From Vicugna vicugna (Eukaryota): a stretch of 28,954 bases of DNA. Of the stretch, positions 10,304 to 21,356 are shown piece by piece. Where the stretch lies: positions 3,141,520 through 3,170,473 of the forward strand of contig MU058844.1 in the NCBI GenBank assembly GCA_013265495.1, written 5' to 3'. The notes beneath the pieces are model-generated. The model saw only the letters and a program-made list of their open reading frames with translations. It did no database searches and was not told the origin of the DNA. Positions within the stretch are counted from its first letter, which is position 1; each line of letters begins with the position of its first letter. The translations under genes were made by a program, and so were the position numbers.

Positions 10304-10814
10304 ATATAAACAATTCATAAATAGTCTTTCAGTCACCTTTCTCTGAGAGGAATTAGTTAGGATATTGCTATGCAAATGTAAAAACAAAAGTGTGCCCCGA
10401 TAAGGAGAATTTGGCCACTTCTAAGAAGAGTTACCTCAATTTCATTGCTCCACAAAACAGCTGTAATTCCACAATCTGTACACCTCCAGGCTACCCCACT
10501 TTCAGCAGCTGCGATAAATTCCAAGCATATTTCCAATGCAAACCAACCCAACCTTTGAATCTAAATCCCTCCAAGTTTCTCCTGAAGTTTAACTGTAAAT
10601 GTTGACTTTGGTTCAACTTTCCCATTGCCTGCATTAGTCAGCTAGAATGGTTTAAACATTTATAGATAGAAAAGTTCAGATATGATCCATATTTTATTGT
10701 AATCGAATGTTAACTGGGTCGCTCTTGCGACCAAGCATTTGTCTACTATGGACATTTGAAAATAATTATTGTCAATGAATCTTGGCTTTTTGTTCCTTGA
10801 AAAGTGATAGTTGA

Positions 10815-11250
10815 ACTTATTCAATAAATATTTATCGCGACTCTACTATTGCTGAACGCTGTGATATGCACTGAGGATACAATAATACCCTTAATTTGCT
10901 CATGGTCTGATAGGAAAGCATTCACTTGACAAATATTAATTGAACAGAAGCAAAGATGCATATGGTGTAATATCTGCATTCTGGGACATCACAGTGAATG
11001 TGGAAAGGCAGATTTATAAACAACTTCCTCATGATAAAGTATTAGAAGGTACTATGTGCTCACAAAGGAAAAGCAACCTATATGGGGAAAGTCAGTACAG
11101 GCTTTTCCAAGTAAGTGGCATCTAAAGTGGAAGAATGAGTGGAATTTTCCAGGTGGAGAAGAGGAGAAAATGTATGCCAAACAGAAACAGTACCTGCAAG
11201 TCTCGGAAATAAGACAATCATGCCTGTCATGGGAGAATGAGGACTTCATG
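10815..11250 (-). mobile_element. L2 3'-end fragments (apparently two adjacent 3' ends)
   Basis: ATTCAATAAATATTTATCGCGACTCTACTAT..CACTGAGGATACA, then ATTCACTTGACAAATATTAATTGAACA, then GGGGAAAGTCAG..AGGCTTTTCC..CCAAACAGAAACAGTACCTGCAA. Confidence 0.7.
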
Positions 11251-11377
11251 GAACATGTAGTACAAGACTCACCGGCTCGCTCTCCATTGCCATCCTTGCC
11301 ATCATTCTTGGTAACTTCACCAGACCTGGAGATAACTGTCCAGTTGCCTGGCTTCTAGGCTCTTTACTTCCAGTCAT

Positions 11378-11680
11378 CATACAGAAAGGAGGAGTGACGG
11401 AGAATTCGTACTCTGCCTGACTGTCTTCAAACTAGGACATCAGTCTTCTTTTGCTTTCAGACTCAGACTGGAACTATACCATTGGCTCCCCTGGGTCTCC
11501 AGCTTACTGACTGCAGGTCTCAGGACCTCTTGGCCTCTGTAACTGTGAAAGCCAGTTTCTTACAATATACATATGCATGTACGCATGTGTGTGTTCATGC
11601 ATGAGTGTATGTGTGTGCTCACGTGTGAGTGTGTGTATGTTCTATGAGCTCTTTTTTTCTATAGCACCCAGACTAATGCA
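11378..11680 (+). mobile_element. MLT2 (MLT2D-like) ERVL LTR, 3' part, with internal (TG/CA)-rich tract
   Basis: GGAGAATTCG..CTCTGCCTGACTGTCTTC..GGACATCAGTCTTCT..GACTCAGACTGGAACTATACCATTGGCTCCCCTGGGTCTCCAGCTTACTGACTGCAG..CCCAGACTAATGCA. Confidence 0.88.
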
Positions 11681-11779
11681 GTAAGCATCAACAAATAAAA
11701 TGGATGAATTAATGATGGCATGTGTAGCTGGAAAATGGCAGAGGAATAAGAATATGAAGCTAAAGAGGTATCAGTAATA

Positions 11780-11957
11780 GAAACAACACTTAAATGCATT
11801 ATGCCTTAATTATATGCAAGACACTCTGTCAGGCACTTTAAATGGACCACTCCATGTAATCTTCGTAACACCATGAGATGTGTACTTTTATTATCTCCAT
11901 TTTACAGAGAAAGTCACTGAAGCTCAGAGAGGTGGGGCAAATTTCTAAGGTCATATT
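11780..11957 (-). mobile_element. MIR SINE
   Basis: TATGCAAGACACTCTG..GCACTTTA..TTATTATCTCCATTTTACAGAGAAAGTCACTGAAGCTCAGAGAGGT..AAGGTCA. Confidence 0.85.
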
Positions 11958-12473
11958 AATATAAATGTTTTGTTTTAATTCATTTCTAAAATAGAAATAT
12001 TTTTCTTCATTATTTCGGTTCTTTCAAATCAATCAACTAGTCAATCATCAAGAACGTACGGAGCCTGCTATTTTGTGCCCTGGGTGATTTCCTCTCAAGA
12101 AATGAAGCCACTGACAGCGAGCACGGGCATCTCCCTGGCTTCAAGAAACATCAAGTCAAAATTACTCCAAACACATGATGCCTTTGGAGAACCTTCCATT
12201 TTTCAGTTCTGTAATAGCTATTTGCAATAGAAAAAAGTAATTATGAGAGCAAAATACCTACTAATTACAAGCAGCTGTAAATAAGAAAAATTGAGTTCAA
12301 AGAAGTGTCCTAAACCATGTGTCCCATTTCAGAAATGCGCCATCCAGGTCATTAGTAATGTGGGAGTTATTTTTTACTGTAAAGACTAAAAAGTCTGTCC
12401 CTGGCAGACTTAATTTAAAAACTAAGAACTGAAAACAGACCTCCCCCACCCCCAATCACACATCCATCTAGAT

Positions 12474-12695
12474 CAGGAATTGGCAAACTTTCCCTGTAAA
12501 AGGCCACACAGTGAATATTTAAGGCTTTGTGGGCCATGTAATCTCTGTCACAACTGTTCCACTCTGCTGTGCGGTGTGAAAACGCCACAGACGATAAATA
12601 GACGGATGGATGTACTGTGTTCCAGTAAAACCATACTTCCAAAATTAGATGGTGGGTTGGATTTGGCCTGAGGGTGGTAGTGTGCCCATTCCCTG
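12474..12695 (+). mobile_element. MER58A (hAT-Charlie MITE), near full length
   Basis: CAGGAATTGGCAAACTTTCCCTGTAAAAGGCCA..GTGAATATTTAAGGCTTTGTGGGCCA..CTGTGTTCCAGTAAAAC..GGATTTGGCC..CCCTG. Left flank ATCTAGAT fits the hAT NTCTAGAN target preference. Confidence 0.92.
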
Positions 12696-13627
12696 CTCTT
12701 AGAACCTTAGGTACCATATTCCCAGATTAGAAAGCATGAGGAGCTTGTTCACTCTGGTGTGAATTACTCGTTGATGCGTTCTAACCTGGTGAGTACTAGT
12801 ATGTATCCGGAAGACTAGGTGGAGAAAGGATAGAAGGTAGCAGTAATTAATAGGATTGTGTCCCTACCTGAGCCTGTCCTAAACAAACAACCAATGAAGA
12901 ACCTATTGAAGTTGAAGATCACTGAAGAATCAGAGCAGTTGCCACTTTAAGACAGGACTACCATTTCACTCAACATCATTTTTCATCAGATGGTTCTTTA
13001 ACATTATTGGTTCCATCACATAAATTCCATTTTACTGCAGATGTTTACCTATCGTAGACAAAGCAGATTTGTTACTTTCTCTGCAATTTGATGACTTGTA
13101 AACTGAGGCGTAGAACCTAATTAGGTAAAAGCACCTGCAAATTATTTTTTAGGTTATATCTAAATGGTACCACAGGTTTCCAAGTTAAAGATCTAGACAT
13201 CAGAAAATCTGCATTGGCAGGTTTAGACTTTTTCTTGGTTTTGAATTTCAAAAGACTACAAGAGCATGTTTTTAAAAATTATAATCAAAACATCTGAGTC
13301 ATACACCCAATAAATATTTAGATTATAATAAAATACTAAATCTTTCAATGTAAAACAGTATCACTTTTAGCCATGCAAAAAATGTCATGACTAAAACTCA
13401 TTATTTTAATTCCCCTTGAAATTGCATTTATATTAGTAAACAACATTTTTTTTTACTTTACACATTTTTTTTATAGATTTATAAAATCTATAGTATTTTG
13501 TTAACACTTCAGCTTGAAAATGAAATCTTGTTAACACATTATACTGAAATTTTATTGTTGCGGGGATTGAAGGAACTTTCAAAGCTATCTGGTTTTGGCC
13601 TTAACTTACCATATTCAGTCGTTAAAC

Positions 13628-13752
13628 TTTAGTTTCCAACGTGAATTCTACAGAACACAAGTGCCACCATTTTTTTAACACATGTTTTGTGTTGTTTTGT
13701 TTTATTCCATAAGAAGGATAATTTCTAAGTTCAACTAAATTTAGGAAACTCT
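13628..13752. mobile_element. Possible ancient hAT-Charlie remnant (MER103-like)
   Basis: AGTTTCCAACGTGAATTCTACAGAACAC ... CAACTAAATTTAGGAAACT shows weak inverted ends (AGTTTCC / GGAAACT). Confidence 0.35.
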
Positions 13753-14862
13753 TGGTTAATCTTAAATAGGCTTCAAAGCTGATCTTCAGACAACCTATTC
13801 TTCTGAAACATAATTTACTCTATTTGCCCAAATGTCAAGCCTCAGAAGTTTTTGTAAGGTTTGGGTTAACATTTGGAAGAAAATAGCATTCTTTGTCTGG
13901 CAGGGGTAGGGCCAAGGATGTCCTGGGGGCAGAACAGAAGTCTCCTCCAGCTCCTTGTTTCCAAACTACTGAGAGAGATTGACAGGCAGGTTGGTGTGCT
14001 GCCAACACAGAAAGCCTTCTCCTCCAGTCCACACGCATGAGCTCCATCCCGAACTTCAGTTCAGTGGACCAAATCTAAAATCTTATCTATCAACAAATTA
14101 CGTTTGTTTGTCAACTTAAAACTCTGCTGTATGCTATAGTGTTCTTATTGTTATTGAAGTTGTACGTTAGTCAGGAAAGAATTGCTAGAGACTGTGGAAT
14201 TTTTTAAATAAATAATCAAAGTACATTGAGGCAAAGATAATTTTTTAAATCTTTATTTTAAATTACAAAGTGGGTCACGACATAATCTTTGAACAACCAA
14301 AGGGCTGTTTGTGGAACAGGTGAGCACGTTAGAGAAAATTAATTTGTCTTTCTTGCCATATTAACTTAATTTTCTGAGAGTTAAATATACATTTTTTTCA
14401 GATGTTCTTTCACTCATTTTCCACTTCATAACTATGACTTCTGTACATAACAGCACTTATCAGTTGATTATCAACAACTGCTTACGTGAAACCACAGTAA
14501 ACATGTGGTTAGAAACTACCAAGAAAAAAAAAGCTTATTTTTCAGCTTTATAGAAGGAGAAGGGATGTGGTTAACAAAATAATGTATTTTAAAATAACAG
14601 GAGTACTATTGAGACCACTAAGTCCATCAAGGGTTGTTTGAGAAGACATTGTAGTATCTTTTTAAATCTTCTAAAATCAGGTGTTTTATTATATGAAAAG
14701 GTGAACATCATATACTACAATTTCAAATTGCCTTATAATTTCTGAAGTCCTCTTTTTATGTAGACGGGCAAGAGGGACAGATCAACTAGGAGAAAAAAGT
14801 AGAAATGGGTCAGTAGGAAGAGGTAAATGGAAAACTAGAAAAATTGAGAGAAATTTTAAGAA

Positions 14863-15055
14863 TTTTTTTTTATTGAAGTATAGTCAGTTACAATGTTGTG
14901 TCAGTTTCTGGTGGACAGCATAATGTTTCAGTCATACATTTACATACATATATTCTTTTTCATTAGAGGTTACTACAAGATATTGAATATAGTTCCCTGT
15001 GCTATACAGAAGAAATTTGTTTTTAATCTATTTTTATATATAATAGTTAACATTT
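14863..15055 (-). mobile_element. Short 5'-truncated L1 3' end (relatively young, lineage-type)
   Basis: Poly(T)-ATTGAAGTATAGTCAGTTACAATGTTGTGTCAGTTTCTGGTG..TTACTACAAGATATTGAATATAGTTCCCTGTGCTATACAG is the reverse complement of the L1 tail type at 5470-5690. Degenerate TSD AAATTTTAAGAATTTTT / AAATTTAAGATTTTT. Confidence 0.92.
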
Positions 15056-15074
15056 GAAAAAATTTAAGATTTTT

Positions 15075-15172
15075 AAAAAGAAGAAAGGCTTCTAGAGGGA
15101 AAGAAGAGAAGAATAGAAAAGAAGGAAGAAAAAGAAGACAAAGAGGATAGAAAATAAGAAAAAGGATTAAAA
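15075..15172. repeat. GA-rich low-complexity tract
   Basis: Almost entirely A/G over about 100 bp. Confidence 0.8.
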
Positions 15173-15529
15173 TAGATTTGTATCTAATATAATGTGCCTT
15201 AATTCTTTTTCCTTCCAAAAACTAATTATTTTGAAGGAAAGGCTAAATTATGTAAAACATAAGCTGTAACCACCCAGGAATTACAGAACTGAAACTTTTC
15301 TTTCACCAAATAGCTTTTTTGCTTCACAGTAAGATGTCCTGTCTGGCATTTCTGAAACACAGTGGTCACCTACCTTATCTGCTCTCTGATCTGCTACCTG
15401 ATCCCATGGCTTACTTCCTGCTCCTTCCCTCAGTGTCCCCAGGGGAACATATTAGACACAGTGGTCCCAGAGTACTGGAAGTACAGCTTTAGAAGATTCC
15501 TGGTCTTTAGGTAGCCTAGGAAGATAATG

Positions 15530-16172
15530 AGAATGTTGTAACCACCAGCAGAGTAAGTAATTTAGGCAAATATCCTCAATGGATGCTAAAACCTTGGTCT
15601 CAATGTATTAATCCACAGACAACTTATTAATGAAAAAGGGAAAAGTATATTTTTACAAAGGAGAAACCCGGCAGTCACCGTCTTAATCAAGTAATCAAAC
15701 TAAGCACCACCAACAGGGGAGCAGCCTGACATTTACCTCTGTACTATTCCTGCCCAGAATACTTTCACCTAAATCACACTGCAAGGAAACAGTCAAACAA
15801 ATGCAGAATTGGGGACGCTCTGCACGACAAGTGACCTGACTTCACAAAAGATAATAGCATGAAAAACAAAAAATAGGGAACTGTTCTGTGAGAAAAAGAT
15901 AAAAGACAGGCAACTCAAATGCTTTGCATGATCCTAGCTTGGTTCCTAGATAGAAAATAAAAAAAAAAAAAGAGCTATAAAAAATGGAGGACAGTTATAG
16001 AAATGTAAATATAGATGATATATTAGATGATGTCATTGAATCATTATTATTAGTTTGCTTAGGTATGAAAAGATTTATTATGTAGGAGAATGTCCTTATT
16101 CTTAAGAGATGCAAGCTAAATATACTTGGAGGTGACAGAATGTCTGCAACTTACTTTCAAATAGGTCACCAA

Positions 16173-16204
<32 letters not shown>

Positions 16205-16305
16205 ATAAAGACATAAATCAAACGTGGCAAAATAACAATTGGTGAGCAAGCTTTCGTTGTACTATTATAAAATATTCATAGGTTTAAAGCATTCTAAATA
16301 AAAAG
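15530..16305 (+). mobile_element. Old L1 3' UTR (L1MC4/L1MC5-like)
   Basis: CAATGGATGCTAAAAC..TTTACAAAGGAGAAACCCGGCAG..CTTAATCAAGTAATCAAA..TATTCCTGCC..GGAACTGTTC..TATGTAGGAGAATGTCCTTATTCTTAAGAGATGCA..ATGTCTGCAACTTACTTTCAAAT..GTGGCAAAAT..AATAAA. Confidence 0.85.
16178..16204. repeat. (TG)13 microsatellite
   Basis: Read directly; lies inside the old L1. Confidence 0.95.
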
Positions 16306-16314
16306 ATGGACAGC

Positions 16315-16500
16315 CGGGTGGTGTTGGGAAATTGTTGGCCTTGAAGTCAGAGAACCTGGAACCTGAAACTAATGTTTCTATCTTGGGCAATCCCCTCTAG
16401 CCCTCTGAGCATGAAAAGGATAACCTCAATGATCCGCCTCGTAAGATTGCTGTAAAGATGTATAATGTATGTGAAGTGGTGTTTGTGAACTCTGAAGCAC
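16315..16500 (+). mobile_element. MIR SINE, diverged and internally deleted
   Basis: TGGCCTTGAAGTCAGAGAACCTGG..CTTGGGCAA..CTCTGAGC..GATTGCTGTAAAGAT..ATAATGTATGTGAAGTG..TGTGAACTCTGAAGCAC. Confidence 0.65.
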
Positions 16501-16894
16501 TCCAGGGTTATTAACCTAGAGTCCAAGGAGAGAAGACAGGGCTCCACGAATTTGGATGGGGAAAAATTGCATCTTTGCATTCAGTAGCCTCTAAGTGAAA
16601 TTTAACATTTCCTCCAGTTATACACGTAGGCATGAGTTAGATCATGTGTCAAGTACATAGTAAGAGCTCAATAAATGTTAGCTCTGTTATCACTACAGTT
16701 AATTTTTTCAGATTGCACAGTCATGAAAAGCATGAGTCAGTCCAGAGTTCTTACAATCCTGCATCCTCTTCTTTCTTCCACATCTAAAAGGACACACCTA
16801 CTCTGAGCCAATATTGTGTGACAGACGCTATATCACTGACTCATGTTTCCCATGACCCTCATTTGTGCAACTTAAAAAAATGAATTGCAGTGAT

Positions 16895-17790
16895 AACAGA
16901 ACTAACTCAAGTTGTTCAAAGCTGAACTCCTTGTCTTCCTCTCTATCCCCACACCCCCAAAAAAACCCCAAACTGCTCACTCAGAGTCTCTCTCATAATG
17001 GCACTCCACCTGTCCAGGTGCTTAGGTCAAAAATGCTGCAATCATCCTTGACTCCTCTTTCTCCACTCATTTCTGCATCTTCAGAAAATTCTGTTTGCTT
17101 TAACTTTAAAATGAATTTTAAAATCTAACCACTTCCCTCCACCTCCACTGCTGCCACTCTGGTCCAGGCACCATCATCTCTCACCTGGAGAGGAATGCAA
17201 CAGTCTGCTGCCAGGTCTCCTGATTTGCTCTCGCCCCCTCGCATCTATGCTGTCTGTGTAGAGCTCTCCTTCTACAATGCGTCATGTCATGACGTCCCTC
17301 TCCTTAAAGCCTCGCAGTGGTTCCCATTTCCCTCAGAGTCAAAACTGAACTCCTTCAAGTGATCTCAAGAACCTGTATGAACTGACCTCCCCTTACATCT
17401 GAGACCACAGCTCCAACTACTCCCTCTCCTCGCCTGCCCACTCACTGCGTCCCAGCCACTGGGAGCCACGGGTCTCCTCGTGGTCCCTTCATCAAGCCAA
17501 GCTTGCTTCCACATTAGAACTTTTGCACTGACTGCTCCCTGGATAGTCATATGGCTAATTCCATCATCTCCATGTCCTGCTCAAGTCACCTCCTTAGTAA
17601 AGCCTATAACTGGCAATCTGATGTAAAATAGCAACCCACCTCATGGTGTCTAATCCCACCTTGCTCTGTTCCTTTTGTACCTAAAGTGCTTATCACCTTC
17701 TAACATATGAGTAATTTAATTATATATGATCCATTTCTCCCTGACAGATTATAAGCTCCATAGAGGCAAAGATCTTTTTTAGTTTACTCA
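16895..17790 (+). mobile_element. L2 (L2a-like) 3' region, split by later L1 insertions
   Basis: CAAAGCTGAACTCCT..ATCATCCTTGACTCCTCTTTCTC..CCACTTCCCTCCACCTCCACTGCTGCCACTCTGGTCCAGGCACCATCATCTCTCACCTGGA..TTTGCACTGACTGCTCCCT..TATAAGCTCCATAGAGGCAAAGATCTTT. Confidence 0.9.
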
Positions 17791-17814
17791 TACATTTTTT
17801 GTTATATGTTCATT

Positions 17815-18597
17815 ACACAAATAACAAATGTTGATGAGAATATGGAGAAAAGGGAACCCTTGTGCACTGTTGGTTAGAATGTAAATTTGTGCAGGCACTA
17901 TGGAAAACAATATGGAGGTTTCTCAGAAAATTGAAAATAGAACTACCATATGACCCAGCAATTCCACTCCTGGGTAAAATTTGAAAAAAAGTGAAAACAC
18001 TAATTCAAAAAGATATAAGCATCCCAATGTTCATAGCAGCATTATTTACAATTGCCAAGATACAAAAGCAACCTAAGTGTCCATCAACAGATGAATGGGT
18101 GAAGAAGATGGGGGGGTGTATACACACACACAAGTATACACAATGGAGTACTACTCAGCCATAAAATGGAATGAAATTTTGCCATTTGTAACAGCATAAA
18201 TGGACTTGGGGGGTATTATGCTAAGTGAAATAAGTCAGACAGAAAAAGACAAATACTTTATGATATATCACTTATTTGTAGAATCTAAAAAATACAACTA
18301 GTGAATACTAAAAAAAAAAACAAAACAAAAAAGCCTCACAGATATAGAGAACAAATTAGTAGTTACCTGTGGGGAGAAGGAGGGGAAAGGGACAAGAAAG
18401 GGATAGGGGATTAAGAGGTACAAACTACTATACATGAAATAAATAAGCCACAAGGATATATGGTACAGCACAGGAAATATAGCTAATATTTTGTAATAAC
18501 TATAAGTGGACTATAACCTTTAAAAATTGTGAATCACTATGTTGTACACCTGAAACTTAAATAATATTGTACATCAGCTATATCTCAATTTAAAAAT
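17815..18597 (+). mobile_element. 5'-truncated L1 (end of ORF2 plus 3' UTR; L1MA9/artiodactyl-type)
   Basis: AATAACAAATGTTG..GGAGAAAAGGGAACCCTTGTGCACTGTTGG..AATAGAACTACCATATGACCCAGCAATTCCACTCCTGGGTA..TGAATCACTATGTTGTACACCTGAAACT..CTATATCTCAATTTAAAAA. Confidence 0.95.
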
Positions 18598-18639
18598 TGT
18601 GTTTATTTATTTATTTTTGTTGAATTTTTTGTTTGTTCA

Positions 18640-18825
18640 GCTTTTTATTGTGGTAAATTCCACGTAACATTTACTACCTTAACCATTTTTAATGTACAGT
18701 TCAGTCATGTTAAGTACATTCATATTGTTGTGCAACCATTGCACAAACACCATTTCCAGAGCTCTCTTCATCTTGACAAAATAAAATTGTATTCATTAAA
18801 CCATAACTCCCCATTTCTGTTTCCT
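18640..18825 (-). mobile_element. L1MB-like 3' end
   Basis: TTTTATTGTGGTAAA..TAACATTTAC..CTTAACCATTTTTAATGTACAGTTCAG..TTAAGTACATTCATATTGTTGTGCAACCAT..CATTAAAC..TAACTCCCCATT. Confidence 0.88.
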
Positions 18826-18890
18826 CATATTCTATAAGCACCTACCATGTAGGTACTTAATACATTTTTGTTGACCTAATGAATAAATGT
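18826..18890 (+). mobile_element. L2 3' terminus (probable continuation of the L2 at 16895-17790)
   Basis: CACCTACCATGTAGGTACTTAATACATTTTTGTTGACCTAATGAATAAATG resembles the L2 tail. Confidence 0.65.
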
Positions 18891-20771
18891 CTGTCCCAAA
18901 ACTTGAGGTGTCATCTCTGTGGGGTGGATTTCCAGATTTATAACTCAAAGAGATTCAATTTCAAATTTCCCCAGGTCTGTCTAAATGTTGATCTCTGTAT
19001 ACTAATTATTTGGGCTGTGCATCTTGCATCTTTATATTCTCCAAGATCATTAACATAGACATAGTGAATGTTTACTAGAAGTCTAGTAAGTGAATAAATG
19101 ACTGAATACCACAGTCATGAGTGTTGGGCCTCCCCCTGCCTCAAAACCCAACCCCACATGTTTCAGCACCGCCTACATAGTCCTGAATCCACCAGCACGC
19201 ATGAAAGCTGAGATGTTCTGAGTAGGAAGGGTGCCAGTTAGAAAACACCCAGAACCATTCTTTTTAATATTATAAAAACCAAAGTTTAACATGACATATT
19301 GATAGCCTTACTTTAAGATGCCAGAGCTTTGAAGGCCAGCAGATGGAAAAGATGGAAAGCCAGGAATAATCAAGTCAGTATACTTCCATTGGGAATTGGG
19401 GATTAAAAGAAACAAGCTCCAAGAGTTCTAACTGTTCAAGAATCTACCAGGCCTCTTGAGAGAAGAATCAAGATGGAAAGCCTAGGAAACCATAATTAAC
19501 TCTTTCTCACCCAAAAAGAAAAGGGAAGATGAACCACCACCCTCCCCAAAGTAGGAAAAAGGTCAAGATGTTTAGAATCCATCCTGTGATCCCTGCTAAT
19601 AGTGGTGAGGAAGAAAACTTTTTAGAAAGCCATAGGATTACATCAGTCAAATTTACTTCCTCTCAAATCCTAGGAAATGCTCAAGATTCTTTGGCAAAAG
19701 TGCCTGTAAATCACAGGCTAATTCTGGGATCATAGAACAGAGCTGGGTTCCCCTCCACACCTCTGAGAGAAAGGAGGGGTAACAGCTGCAGTGAGAGGCC
19801 AGGTGGGTGGACCAGAGCCAGGTGCAGAGTGGAGAATGAGAGTTGGCCACAGGAACAAATCTTTAATGGCCACTGTGGAGAGGGCACGAGCAAGGGGGTG
19901 TGGAAAGGCTGAGAAGTCCAGGGGCTGAACCAAGTGGAACCCTGGAAGCCCTTATTTATCCCTCTTGCCTCCAGGGGTATTATTCCAAGTAAAGAATAAG
20001 CATAAGTAGATCAACTCAATTGAACTGTTTCTTCTTCAAATTAAACTTTCAGCCCCAAAATGGGTCATAGGTCTGTGCATCCTAACTCATAGATATTCTG
20101 TCTTTCAAAATTTCACACTGGTTGAATGTTTTTTCATCAAACTGTAAGTTCAACCTCTCCATATGATTAATCTGAAAAGTTGAAACTGACTTCTGATGGC
20201 TGTGAAACAAAATGATACGTCTCCTTCATGTCCTGGACCCTGTTCCTCATCCAGTGCCTCTATTTCTAAAAGCTTCTCTTGTGACATCCAGATGAAAAGT
20301 TGTAGGATTTGTGGGGGGTTAAAGAGTAGTTTCTACTGTGTGGTGGTAGAAAAATGTTTTGACTCTTCTTAGCTTCTTCAACTGGCCTCAGCCCAGACTC
20401 ACAAGCAACACACAAGATTTGGAACTTGCACACCATGAAAACACACATCAAAAATTAATCCAATGTCTCCTTCTTTCATCTAGTTCAAACTTTCTGAAAG
20501 ATTGCCACATCTTCTCACCTAGCATTTGGTGGTGCATCTTCTAATTGCTTACCAAAATCTCTGTGAGACACTTTTTCCCTAGTGTTTTTCCTTTAGCCCC
20601 GAGAAGAGAACCCTAAGTGTCAGAGAAAACATCAACCAGGCCCACGTGCCTCCCAGGGAAGGAAATCAGACTCCAGAGTAATGTGAAGCAGAGAGATGCC
20701 TTATCATGTGTTGCAGGATTAAAAAAAAAAAGTGAAATTCAGTTTTACTCAATAATTGAATTCCACACCAC

Positions 20772-20821
20772 ACTCCTTTGGGGTCTTTGATGATGAACTC
20801 CTTTGGAGTCTTTGATGATGA
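20772..20821 (+). repeat. 25-bp tandem duplication (2 copies, 1 mismatch)
   Basis: ACTCCTTTGGGGTCTTTGATGATGA (20772-20796) and ACTCCTTTGGAGTCTTTGATGATGA (20797-20821). Confidence 0.97.
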
Positions 20822-21148
20822 AGAATTTGCCTTAATTTCTAAAGGCTGAGGGAAAATACTGAAAGACATTAGAGATTAGGGAAGTTATTAAGAGTTAGGT
20901 GGGATGGCAACAGAAAAAAAAAAAGAGGTAAAGGGTCCAAACTGACAATTTAGAAAAAATGTTTTCAAAAGGTGTATCTGATTAGCCATCTGTTGAAATT
21001 TGCATTAGCCTACAATATAAATGTTGTTATGAATGATGGGGTTGGGGGAGTCACGATTAGTTGCCTTTCCAAGAGCCATTCTTTTTTCTTTTTGTTTAAA
21101 GAATCCTGGTCTTATGGCCAGTTTTAGGGGATGAATCATAGTCTAAAC

Positions 21149-21325
21149 CAGAGGAAACCAGAGGTTTTCATAAAAAAAAACAGGTAATAAATATTTTAGG
21201 CTTTGCAGACCATGTGATTTCTGTCACAACCAATCAGCTTTGCCATTGTTGCATAAAACAGCCATAGACTCTCTCTCTATATATATGTATACACACATAT
21301 ATATACATATATATATGTATGTGTA

Positions 21326-21356
<31 letters not shown>

